From Candidatus Aenigmatarchaeota archaeon (GTDB lineage: Archaea; Aenigmatarchaeota; Aenigmatarchaeia; Aenigmatarchaeales; Aenigmatarchaeaceae): a stretch of 64,000 nucleotides of DNA. The notes under the pieces were generated by a model. It was not told the DNA's origin, did no database searches, and saw only the letters and a program-made list of their open reading frames with translations. Shown in pieces: positions 18,844 to 27,677 of the stretch. The position numbers and the translations under genes were made by a program. The first letter of the stretch is position 1. Each line of letters opens with the position of its first letter. The stretch spans positions 34,369 to 98,368 of the forward strand of contig JBDRJK010000014.1 in the NCBI GenBank assembly GCA_043814985.1, read 5' to 3'.

Positions 18844-20337
18844 ATGCCAGAAGAACAATACAAAAAATACGAGTTTTTATTCATTCTATCCATTTTTATT
18901 ATTGGATTTTTATTCATTTATCTAGCTTCCAATACACCGATGCTGGGAGAAGACGAAGCCGGTTATGTAAGCTTAGCAAAGGAGTTCATGGGCTTAGAAT
19001 ATGAAAAAAGCATTTATGCAATTGCACCACTGGCTTCACTTCTTTATGTTCCATTTTTCACTATTTTTGGTCCCTCATTAGGCCTTGCAAAGGCTATAAT
19101 AGCCTTTTTCGGAATCTTAACAATAATTATGGTATATCTGTTTTGTAAAAAACTAAACCCAGCATCGTTTTATGGCATCAATATATGCGGTTTGGCATCA
19201 ATAGCAATCCTTTTGACGATATTCTACTTCCCACATTTCATGATGCTATCATATACAGAAATTCCGATAGCATTCTTTTCAATTCTTTTTGTCTATCTTT
19301 TACTGGACTTAAAGACGATTAAGGGTGCCGTCCTTGTAGGAATTATAATGGGTTTATCGTTTTATCTTAAATCTAGTTCTTTAATATTTCCAATTACAAT
19401 ATTTCTATTTTCTTTGATAAAATACATTCTGAAAAAAGACAAAGAATTTTTCAAACTGTCTATAATATCAATTTTCATATTTAGTCTTTTAATGTTACCT
19501 TTCATTATAAGAAACATAATTCTATTCAACTATCCATTTGTAGAAGGTTTTAATATTTTCTTTGAAATGCCCAGAGTTATAGAACCAACTTGGGCTTCAG
19601 CCGAAGCAGCCAAACTTATATCAATTCCAGTAAACCTTTTCAACGTTTTCGGGTTTGTGCCCCTTTTCTTTTGTATTATTGGTATGATTTATTCATGGCA
19701 AACAAAAAATAAGAAAATAATCCCATCCATATTTCTATTTTTACTTTTTATTCTCGTTTTTTATTTTAGAAACATTCTTGGAATCGCCATCGGCGATCCT
19801 AGGTATCTTTCCATCATATTTCCACAAATAGCTGTATTAGGGGGCTTTTACATAAGCCAAGTTGCAAAAATGAAGAAATACATTTCATTACTGGTGGTTG
19901 TGTTTTTCATTTACGCCCTTTCAACTAGCATAACAGTTGCGCTTTCCACATCTCAATCTACAAGATACCCTGATAATTATATACAGGCATTGAGATGGGT
20001 AAAACAAAATACAAATGAAGATGATTTGATATTCACTGCTTATAGTGGTAGTCTAGCATACTATGGGGAAAGACAAAATGTCTGGGCAGTATCAATGGAT
20101 GAGTTTCCGGATTTGATGCATTCTACCAATTCCACTCAAATATACAAGACACTGAAAGAATATGGTATATCTTATATTTTGATATGGAGAGGTATTCTCT
20201 CGGATGACTGGATAATACCGGAAAGCAACATAATAGGTGTTTTCACCTACAACTTCGCTATCCAGGTTGATGGCGACAAAGAAAATTTCGAGATGGTTTA
20301 CTCTAACCAGGATAACTTTATTTATAAATTACTGTAG
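18844..20337 (+). CDS. GT-C fold membrane glycosyltransferase (GT39/ArnT-like), second copy
   Basis: 497 aa with about 11 hydrophobic helices. Acidic DE motif in the first loop (MLGEDEAGYVSLAKEF). C-terminal soluble domain. Confidence 0.45.
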   Translation: MPEEQYKKYEFLFILSIFIIGFLFIYLASNTPMLGEDEAGYVSLAKEFMGLEYEKSIYAIAPLASLLYVPFFTIFGPSLGLAKAIIAFFGILTIIMVYLFCKKLNPASFYGINICGLASIAILLTIFYFPHFMMLSYTEIPIAFFSILFVYLLLDLKTIKGAVLVGIIMGLSFYLKSSSLIFPITIFLFSLIKYILKKDKEFFKLSIISIFIFSLLMLPFIIRNIILFNYPFVEGFNIFFEMPRVIEPTWASAEAAKLISIPVNLFNVFGFVPLFFCIIGMIYSWQTKNKKIIPSIFLFLLFILVFYFRNILGIAIGDPRYLSIIFPQIAVLGGFYISQVAKMKKYISLLVVVFFIYALSTSITVALSTSQSTRYPDNYIQALRWVKQNTNEDDLIFTAYSGSLAYYGERQNVWAVSMDEFPDLMHSTNSTQIYKTLKEYGISYILIWRGILSDDWIIPESNIIGVFTYNFAIQVDGDKENFEMVYSNQDNFIYKLL

Positions 20338-20467
20338 CTATAAAAATTAAATGGTGATTGGTTGAAAGTAATTCTAATAAACCCCCAATATACCCAAGGC
20401 TATATTCACAGTACTGTGTCCAGTGGTAAGAAAATATTATTTTCGGTTAGTATAAGGCATTATCTAA

Positions 20468-21352
20468 GTGAAAAATATGCCTAGAGGAGTTTATTTGAGA
20501 AATGAAAAACATTTGAAACTGTTAGAAGTTGCAAGATCTGAAATAAAAGTTCCACCTTTCTTAGGCAAACATCATTCTGATGAAACTAAATTAAAGATTA
20601 GCCAAAGATTGAAAGGTAGTCAGGTTTGGAACAAAGGCAAAAAATTGCCATACGACGTTTGGAATAAGGGTATGACAAAAGAAACGAATAAGAAGTTAAA
20701 AATTATTGGTCAAAAGATATCAATTTCCAATAAAGGTAGAAAGGTTTGGAATAAAGGAAAGGAAAATAAAGAATTGAAACAAAGATGGCAGAATCCAGAA
20801 TTTAGAAAAATTATGATAGAAATTTCGAAAGATATTATGAAGAAAAACTGGAATAATCCAGTATACATAGAAAAAATGGAGAAATTGAGAACTTTTTTCA
20901 AAAGAAAAAGAAATGTTCAAGAAATAGAGCGATTAAGGAACATTTCAAATAATAGATTAGGAAGTAAAAATTCTGTTGAACAGAATAAGAAGATTAGTGA
21001 AGCACGTTTAAGACAGAAGATACCGCATAAGGATACTTATCCTGAAATGTTAGTTCAAAAATGCCTAGCAGAAAGGAATATTAATTTCACTACTCATTAT
21101 TCAATTCTTGGCCAACCAGATATTTTTATAAAACCGAACATTTGTGTGTTTATTGATGGTTGTTATTGGCATGGATGTCCAGTTCATTTTCCTGAAAAGA
21201 TCAATACTAATGATATAAAGATATCTGAAGCTCTAAGAAAGCAGGGTTATACGGTTATAAGAATTTGGGAACATGAAATCAAAAATAATACTACTAAATG
21301 TATAAATAAAATTATGGAGTCAATCGAAAATGGTCAAGATATTAGCCGTTAA
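20468..21352 (+). CDS. free-standing homing-endonuclease-like protein: NUMOD3 DNA-binding repeats plus a Vsr/DUF559-fold (PD-(D/E)xK) nuclease domain
   Basis: 294 aa. The N-terminus has repeated NUMOD3-like units (GKHHSDETKLKISQRLKG, WNKGK x4). The C-terminus ...PDIFIKPNICVFIDGCYWHGCPVHF...GYTVIRIWEHEI matches the Vsr very-short-patch-repair endonuclease core (FVDGCFWHGH ... vIRiWEcE). Confidence 0.6.
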   Translation: MKNMPRGVYLRNEKHLKLLEVARSEIKVPPFLGKHHSDETKLKISQRLKGSQVWNKGKKLPYDVWNKGMTKETNKKLKIIGQKISISNKGRKVWNKGKENKELKQRWQNPEFRKIMIEISKDIMKKNWNNPVYIEKMEKLRTFFKRKRNVQEIERLRNISNNRLGSKNSVEQNKKISEARLRQKIPHKDTYPEMLVQKCLAERNINFTTHYSILGQPDIFIKPNICVFIDGCYWHGCPVHFPEKINTNDIKISEALRKQGYTVIRIWEHEIKNNTTKCINKIMESIENGQDISR

Positions 21353-22700
21353 TCCTCAATTTACGCCAGATTACATACACTCGGCTCGTTGGGATTCTCT
21401 GTCACTCAGTGGTAGCCACTGGTATCCTGTGTTTTTATCATATATGGTGAGCTTGTTAGAAAAGCACAGCCATGAATGTAGGCTTGTTGATGCCGAGGCG
21501 GAGAACCTTAGCGACAGTCAAGTCCTGAGGATTGCCAAAGAGTTCAAGCCGGATTTTTCCGTGCTGTACATCTCAGAGAGGGGACTAGGCGCCAACATGA
21601 ATCTGGCAAAATCTATAAAGAACAGCACAAAATCCAAAATAATTTTCGTAGGACCTTGGTGTTCTCTGGTAAAGAAGGAGAAAGTCAACAAGAAGATTGT
21701 CGACTTTTTCATAGAAGGCGAGTTTGAGTTCGCGGTCTTGAAAATAGTTGAAGGAAAAGGCAAGAAAGGATGCATCAGGACAGAGAGACTGACCCCAGAA
21801 CAGCTGAAGGATCTTGGCTGGGTGACGAAGATATATCAAAAGCATCTGAACATCAACAACTACAGGATAAGTTCTCTTGAGCATAGGTTTGTGGATTTGC
21901 TGACATCGAGGAAATGCTACTGGGGCAGGTGCTCGTTCTGTCTGTGGCCATCAACAATACTACAAAAGGGTGGCTATGTCGAAAGAGATATTGAAGATTC
22001 TTTGGATGAGATTGAATGGGCTTGGAACAATTTGAATATAAAAGAAATATTCATTCAGGATGATACAATATCGCCAAAAAGGGCGAAAGAGCTTTCAGAA
22101 GGTCTGATAAAGAGATGCTTGAAAATAAGCTGGGCCTGCTATGCCAGAGGCGATTTGGCGTTCACTCAGAAAATAGTCAACATGATGGCAAAGAGCGGCT
22201 GCCGCGTCGTTCACATAGGTTTTGAGAGCGGAAACAATGAAATACTAAAGAGGATGAACAAGGGAACGACTGTCGAGAACCTGACTGAGGTCAGCAGGCG
22301 TTTCAGGAAGGTGGGCATAGATGTTCACGGCGATTTCATGATTGGGAATATCGGGGAAACACGAGAGACCATTCAGCAGACAATGAACTTTATCAAGAAG
22401 CTCGACCTCTCAATAGTCCAGATAGCGCCGCCAAAACTGTATGGTAATTGCAAGATTTACGAGTGGTATGCCCATAACAACGAGGGAGCGTACATAGACA
22501 AGAGAGGATTGCCGAACCTTAAGGACATAACGTACGAGGAGATGGTTGCCTTGGTGAAGAAGGGACTCAGAGACTATTACATGAGCAAGGAGTTCATATC
22601 AAGGACGCTGACCCATCCCTCTCAATTAAAAAGAGTTATCGGTTCTGCTATTCCGGCAATCAAGTTCATGTTCAGCGGAAGAAAAGAGGTACCTGTCTGA
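21330..22700 (+). CDS. B12-binding radical SAM protein (paralog 7, divergent, Cx4Cx2C)
   Basis: 456 aa. Cluster motif SRKCYWGRCSFCLW has Cx4Cx2C spacing instead of Cx3Cx2C. Overlaps the endonuclease gene by 23 nt. Confidence 0.6.
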   Translation: MVKILAVNPQFTPDYIHSARWDSLSLSGSHWYPVFLSYMVSLLEKHSHECRLVDAEAENLSDSQVLRIAKEFKPDFSVLYISERGLGANMNLAKSIKNSTKSKIIFVGPWCSLVKKEKVNKKIVDFFIEGEFEFAVLKIVEGKGKKGCIRTERLTPEQLKDLGWVTKIYQKHLNINNYRISSLEHRFVDLLTSRKCYWGRCSFCLWPSTILQKGGYVERDIEDSLDEIEWAWNNLNIKEIFIQDDTISPKRAKELSEGLIKRCLKISWACYARGDLAFTQKIVNMMAKSGCRVVHIGFESGNNEILKRMNKGTTVENLTEVSRRFRKVGIDVHGDFMIGNIGETRETIQQTMNFIKKLDLSIVQIAPPKLYGNCKIYEWYAHNNEGAYIDKRGLPNLKDITYEEMVALVKKGLRDYYMSKEFISRTLTHPSQLKRVIGSAIPAIKFMFSGRKEVPV

Positions 22701-22709
22701 GATGATTCA

Positions 22710-23657
22710 ATGAAACCCAGCATAACTGTTTTGGTAACAATAAAAAACTCAGCCCGTACAATAAAGAAATGTGTTGACTCGCTTCTGAAACAGAACTACA
22801 ATAACTACAAGGTTTATGTTGTCGATTCCTTTTCCAATGACGGCAGCTATGAGATACTGAAAAGTTATGGAAAGAAAATAAAGTTCGAGCAGTTCAAAAG
22901 CACGCCACCTCAGGCTTACAATCATGCAATCAAGAAGATAAATACAACATTCGTTGCATTCACTGACGGCGACTGTGTGGCTGATAGTAACTGGTTAAAG
23001 AATTTAATTTCAGGATTCAAGACAGAAGATATAGCAGCAGTTGCTGGTTTCTGCAAGACGCCTAGAAACGTTAACTTCCTACAGAAACTAGTTGGCATTG
23101 AGCTGGAGAACAGGTTCAAGAAGTTTCCCAAATACATACCTCGTGCACCTACCATGAACATTTGTGTGAGAACCAAGATTCTAAAGAAACTTATGTTCAA
23201 CAGCAAGCTTTTTGTTGGTTATGACACTGATTTGGGATACAGAGTGATAAGTACAGGGAAGAAAATCCTTTACGAACCAAAAGCAGTGATATATCATTAT
23301 CACAGGGCCACATGGAAAAAAATATTCAAGCAGCAAATGACTTATGCAAGGTACCTACCCCTGATATATTCCAAGCACAAGAAAAGAGTTGGAGGTGATT
23401 ACATATCCAAGCCAACCATGATGTACCACCTAGCTGTATTTTATCTGGCTGCTTTATTTCTATTCTTGAGTATCTTCTCAATAACATCTCTAGATTTTTT
23501 CGGCATATTTGTTTTGATATTCCTACTGATATCCGTATTTGAGTTTCTGAGCTTCAAAACGAAGAAGGAATATTTCCCCTACTTCCTTATGATATTCTTT
23601 GTCAGAACGCTTGCATGGTCAATAGGACTAGTTCTTGGCATACTTGGAAGAGATTAG
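22710..23657 (+). CDS. GT2 glycosyltransferase with C-terminal transmembrane helices
   Basis: 315 aa. ITVLVTIKNSARTIKKCVDSL...VYVVDSFSNDGS and DxD TDGDC. The last ~90 aa are strongly hydrophobic. Confidence 0.6.
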   Translation: MKPSITVLVTIKNSARTIKKCVDSLLKQNYNNYKVYVVDSFSNDGSYEILKSYGKKIKFEQFKSTPPQAYNHAIKKINTTFVAFTDGDCVADSNWLKNLISGFKTEDIAAVAGFCKTPRNVNFLQKLVGIELENRFKKFPKYIPRAPTMNICVRTKILKKLMFNSKLFVGYDTDLGYRVISTGKKILYEPKAVIYHYHRATWKKIFKQQMTYARYLPLIYSKHKKRVGGDYISKPTMMYHLAVFYLAALFLFLSIFSITSLDFFGIFVLIFLLISVFEFLSFKTKKEYFPYFLMIFFVRTLAWSIGLVLGILGRD

Positions 23658-24355
23658 AAAATTCTTCCCAATATTTCCTTCTTGTACTTCATGGCAAACT
23701 TGATGTAACCGTGAGCTAGTTTGGAGAAGTTGCCTTTCTTGCCGCACTGATAGCTGCACCAGACAGAGACAGTTGATATCTTCATCTCTCTCTCCTTGGC
23801 TATCTGCAGGATTTCAAGTTCTATACCGAAGCCCTCCAAGTCAATTCTGGGAAGTATGTACTTGACAGCCTCTCTGGAATAGCACCTGAAGCCTGACGCG
23901 ACATCAGTGAAGAAGCCCCCAGAAGACAAAAGCACTACCATGGTTGAGAATACATTGAAAAATATCCTTAATTTTGGATAGCCCCTCAGTTTCATGTACC
24001 TTGACCCTATGACAATGTCCGAATATTTCTTCTTGACCATCAGCTCGACAACAGGTATGTCCTTGGGATCATGCTGGCCGTCAGCGTCAATAGTTACAAG
24101 CATATTACCCTTTTCCTTGAGAAAACGCTTGAAGCCTTGTATTGTCGCATATCCCTTGCCTCGGTTGTCGGGATAGCTAAGCATTATTACCCTCTTGTTA
24201 TTACCATACTTCTCCATGACAATCTTATATGTATTGTCGCAGCTTCCATCATCAACCAGAATAATCCTGTCAACATATTTCAGTGTCTTGCCTATAATAT
24301 CGTTTATTGTTTTGCTTTCGTTGTAGGCACAAATCAATGCATAGGTCCTCATCAA
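23654..24355 (-). CDS. GT2 polyprenol-phosphate (dolichol-phosphate) sugar synthase, Dpm1-like
   Basis: 233 aa. TYALICAYNESKTINDIIGKTL...ILVDDGSCDNT and DAD(G)QH. Sits immediately downstream of aglB on the same strand, with 4-nt stop/start overlaps on both sides. Confidence 0.65.
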   Translation of the reverse strand: MMRTYALICAYNESKTINDIIGKTLKYVDRIILVDDGSCDNTYKIVMEKYGNNKRVIMLSYPDNRGKGYATIQGFKRFLKEKGNMLVTIDADGQHDPKDIPVVELMVKKKYSDIVIGSRYMKLRGYPKLRIFFNVFSTMVVLLSSGGFFTDVASGFRCYSREAVKYILPRIDLEGFGIELEILQIAKEREMKISTVSVWCSYQCGKKGNFSKLAHGYIKFAMKYKKEILGRIF

Positions 24356-26406
24356 ACGACCTCGTATATCTTTACCTGCTCATTCCTGAACACTTGCTCG
24401 AAATGCTCTAGGCCCTGTCCCTCAAGCATGAACATCTTGGTGAAAACAGAATCTCTCAGGGTTGGCGGTATCAATACAATGTAAGAATAATGCGCTGGTA
24501 ACCATGCTGTCATTTGTATTGTCTCATTTACAAACCTGGCATTTAGCTGTCCCTCAAGAGGCTTGAGCGCTGTTATCATAGAGTTCAATTCCTCTTCAGT
24601 GAATGTTATGGAAATAGCTTCTGTCCCGTTATAAGTTATAATCTCCTTGAATAGGGCAATGTTTATTCCTTGGACAAGCATTGGTATTGGTGGCTGGGTA
24701 TTGTACACTAATATCTGTGTCTGCTGTCCCATGTCGTAATTTCTAAACATCAAGTTTCCGTTGTTATCAGTGGACCTGGAACTTTCACCAAGCTGTATGT
24801 ACAAAGGACATGATTCATCTGACACGCCGTCACAGCCAGTACCGAAGTATTGCAGCCATCTGAATTTTCCAATCAAGTCATCAGATGCTATCCAATAGAC
24901 TTTTGGAGAGGTGCCCTGGTATTTTCTTATCAATTCCAGTGACTCGTTCTCGTTGCTGGTAACCATTATCTTTCCCAAATCCGTTATCCTGTCGTTGATT
25001 GTGTACAGGCAAGTCAACGTACAGTGAGCACCGTCTGCAAAGTTTCTACGTTCTGCAAGACCGTTGATCATATGTCCCGGATCCCACCACGTGCCGACAA
25101 TAGAATTTTCCGGAGTTTCAGTCTTTAGGAAATTCCAGGCAGCATCCCAGTTAGGGCTCATGTCAGGCCCAAGGCCTTTACCCATCTCCAAACCCATGTT
25201 TGCTATAATAAGAACTAGGAATATACTGCCACCGATGAAAAACGATTTAACGACTTTTTCATGGTTTTTAATCCTTTCCATTAACATGCCAAAACCATAT
25301 CCTATCATAGAAATAAAAATCACGCTTGTGAACTCTGTAAATCTTATGCCCCTGACTGTCGTGTACAATCCTACAACAAACAGAGTCATAAGAAAAGCCA
25401 GGTTAAAGAATTTATTCTTTTTGTAACTGCTGTAAAAACCAAATGATATTAACAAAATAAATACCAGAAATATCAGGGAGTCAATCAAGCCATCTCCCAT
25501 TGAAAACCTTCCCATTGCCAAAATCCACCCACCCAATTCAAATATGCTGAAGGGTTGAAGTTCTGCAATGGAAATATTCACTATCCACGTTTCAGGGTTC
25601 TGTGAAAATACCATCAAAGACCTGAACGACTTTAGCGGCTCAACTCCTGTTAAAAATCCTATGACAATCAAGCCTATTAAGAGGGCAACCAGAACCTTGC
25701 TCAAGCCCTTAATTTCCTTGAAGATGTCAATATCGGTTTTTCCAAGATTTTTCAGAACCAGACTTAAAATAATGAAAATCACTGCAGCTATCACCATTAT
25801 GGCATAGGTATAGGAAAACAGTGTCCATGTCAGCATGAAGCATGAGAATGATATCAATGCCAGGCAAATGCTGCTTATAGTCTTCCTTTTCAAGGCATAA
25901 ACGCCAGCGAACATTGTAAGCAGGATGAAGAAGAGAACCAATTGGTCCGTATCATAGGAACTGCCGAATGTTCTGACCAAGACCTGAGGCGCAGAAGCTA
26001 CTAGGATCGCGCTAAAAAGGCCTCCATATTCGTTTGACAATTCTTTAACCAATAGAAATGCAGGAATTGCTATTATGGCACCATAAAAGGCAGATGCAAG
26101 GGCTGATGTTGTCAAAAGGCTCATGCCAAAATTCTGCAGCAGCCAATAGAGCATGGTGGTTATATAGAACATGAGAGGGGCTGTGTAATCGTAATCAACA
26201 ATTTTCCCCACATAATATGAAATTTCGTCCCATACTGGCAGATGCCCCCAGTTTGCCATGTAATAGGTCTGCCTGTACATGAAAACAGGGTCGAATGACA
26301 ATATCCTATCAGGGACTATGTTGAACGATCTTATGTAAAAACTGAAGGCAACTATGCCTAACAGCACGAATACATACCAGTATTTTTTCAAAATATTTAC
26401 TTTCAT
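24352..26406 (-). CDS. aglB: archaeal oligosaccharyltransferase AglB (STT3 family)
   Basis: 684 aa polytopic protein. First-loop motif SFDPVFMYRQTYY matches the STT3 EL1 motif (hefDPwFnYR). The WWDYG-type catalytic motif is present as GTWWDPGHMING. The C-terminal half is soluble. Confidence 0.8.
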   Translation of the reverse strand: MKVNILKKYWYVFVLLGIVAFSFYIRSFNIVPDRILSFDPVFMYRQTYYMANWGHLPVWDEISYYVGKIVDYDYTAPLMFYITTMLYWLLQNFGMSLLTTSALASAFYGAIIAIPAFLLVKELSNEYGGLFSAILVASAPQVLVRTFGSSYDTDQLVLFFILLTMFAGVYALKRKTISSICLALISFSCFMLTWTLFSYTYAIMVIAAVIFIILSLVLKNLGKTDIDIFKEIKGLSKVLVALLIGLIVIGFLTGVEPLKSFRSLMVFSQNPETWIVNISIAELQPFSIFELGGWILAMGRFSMGDGLIDSLIFLVFILLISFGFYSSYKKNKFFNLAFLMTLFVVGLYTTVRGIRFTEFTSVIFISMIGYGFGMLMERIKNHEKVVKSFFIGGSIFLVLIIANMGLEMGKGLGPDMSPNWDAAWNFLKTETPENSIVGTWWDPGHMINGLAERRNFADGAHCTLTCLYTINDRITDLGKIMVTSNENESLELIRKYQGTSPKVYWIASDDLIGKFRWLQYFGTGCDGVSDESCPLYIQLGESSRSTDNNGNLMFRNYDMGQQTQILVYNTQPPIPMLVQGINIALFKEIITYNGTEAISITFTEEELNSMITALKPLEGQLNARFVNETIQMTAWLPAHYSYIVLIPPTLRDSVFTKMFMLEGQGLEHFEQVFRNEQVKIYEVV

Positions 26407-26459
26407 AATTACTAAGAAAAATTAGAAAACAAAGTATAAAAAGGTTCAGTCTTACCGTT

Positions 26460-27629
26460 CTACAACATGCCCAACAAGACAAAACTGACAGCAAATAGCA
26501 CAATATTCTGCAGCAGAATCAGCAAGGCGAACAGCTTGACCCTTCCCAGCCCCTGCAAGTAGTTGGTGTATATCATGTTAAAACCGAAAACCAGCCCAAA
26601 AGAGACTAGAGCCTTGAATATTAGCAGGCTTGGCAGATAGCTTTCGAAGAATGAGGCAAAGAGCCAGTCCGAAAACAGAATAACAAACAATATTCCAATC
26701 AAGAATACAGGTGTGTAGAGCAGGAATCCCTTCTTCAGGATATTTTTTGCATCCCCATGCCTCTTAAAGCCGTTGAGCTCTGATACTTTCGGGAACACCA
26801 CAGAAGATATTGCTGTTGGAACTAGCAGTGTTGCAAAATAAAAGAGGAAGGCGAATGAAAAGTAACCGATTGCCTCCGGGGAGAAGAAGAGATTCAAGAC
26901 AGGGATGATGATTGTAAACAGATTGATGATTATCCATGTGAAATACACAGGCAAGCTGAACTTCATGAATATTTTTTTGACATCAAATTCCTCTGTTTTT
27001 TTAATCACCCCTTCTTTGAAAAAGAACTTCAAATTGAATATGTTTCCGATTAAAAACCCGAAACTCCAGCCTAGAACTGCATAGGAGATTCCAAAGGAGC
27101 TCAGCAAGACACTAAGAACAGCAGAGCTTGTTAGCGTCAGGAACTGGGACAAGGCAAAAAGTTTGAACTTATGGAAGCCAAGGACAATGTTCTGGAAAAC
27201 AATAAAGAATGTCATGCCTGCCATCAGAACCCCTGGAAACACCAGATAGTTGAGTGAGGCGTCCTTCAGGAATACTGAGGCTATTTGCTCGTTGAAAACT
27301 AGGATCAGGGCTATCAGGACTGAATAGCTGAAAATCCTTATTTTCAAGAACCATTTGATCAGGTAGCCGGCTTTTTCTCTGCTTGTACTCTTGAATTCAG
27401 AGATATATTTTGTTAAAGTTGCGTAAGCGCCGAACTCTATTAGAATAGGGAAGAACGTGAAAAGATAAGAGATGACCTTGAAGACGCCAAAATCTACAGC
27501 TCCCAGCTGGTTTGCAAGAAGCAGGTTACCAAAAAACAGGATTATGTTAGCGGAAAGGCTTGCTAAAAGTATTAAACCGCCGCTCCTTGCCAAGTCCCCT
27601 TTCAGAAGGGAAAGAATAGCCACTTTCAT
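26460..27629 (-). CDS. Wzx-like polysaccharide/oligosaccharide flippase (MOP superfamily)
   Basis: 389 aa with about 12 hydrophobic helices. Wzx-like N-terminus MKVAILSLLKGDLARSGGLILLASLSANIILFFGNLLLANQLGAVDFGVF. First gene of the minus-strand flippase-aglB-GT2 operon. Confidence 0.55.
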   Translation of the reverse strand: MKVAILSLLKGDLARSGGLILLASLSANIILFFGNLLLANQLGAVDFGVFKVISYLFTFFPILIEFGAYATLTKYISEFKSTSREKAGYLIKWFLKIRIFSYSVLIALILVFNEQIASVFLKDASLNYLVFPGVLMAGMTFFIVFQNIVLGFHKFKLFALSQFLTLTSSAVLSVLLSSFGISYAVLGWSFGFLIGNIFNLKFFFKEGVIKKTEEFDVKKIFMKFSLPVYFTWIIINLFTIIIPVLNLFFSPEAIGYFSFAFLFYFATLLVPTAISSVVFPKVSELNGFKRHGDAKNILKKGFLLYTPVFLIGILFVILFSDWLFASFFESYLPSLLIFKALVSFGLVFGFNMIYTNYLQGLGRVKLFALLILLQNIVLFAVSFVLLGML

Positions 27630-27639
27630 TTAATTAAAT

Positions 27640-27660
27640 AACCTCTTTTTAAAGATAAAA
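27640..27660 (+). promoter_or_regulatory. candidate archaeal TATA box/BRE for the 27678 surface-protein gene, in a 48-bp divergent region shared with the flippase operon
   Basis: cctctttttaaagataaaag, AT-rich TATA-like, centred about 28 nt upstream of the annotated start. Confidence 0.25.
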
Positions 27661-27677
27661 GTTACTTCCTAAAAACC

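Noticed and set aside
20338-20467. Checked intergenic gaps (20338-20467, 46328-46477, 56343-56408, 12693-12744, 40987-41137) for tRNA or other structured RNA genes
   Set aside because: No cloverleaf-compatible GC-rich stems or conserved T-loop/D-loop motifs (GTTC, AGTGG-like) were found. These gaps are AT-rich promoter-like spacers.
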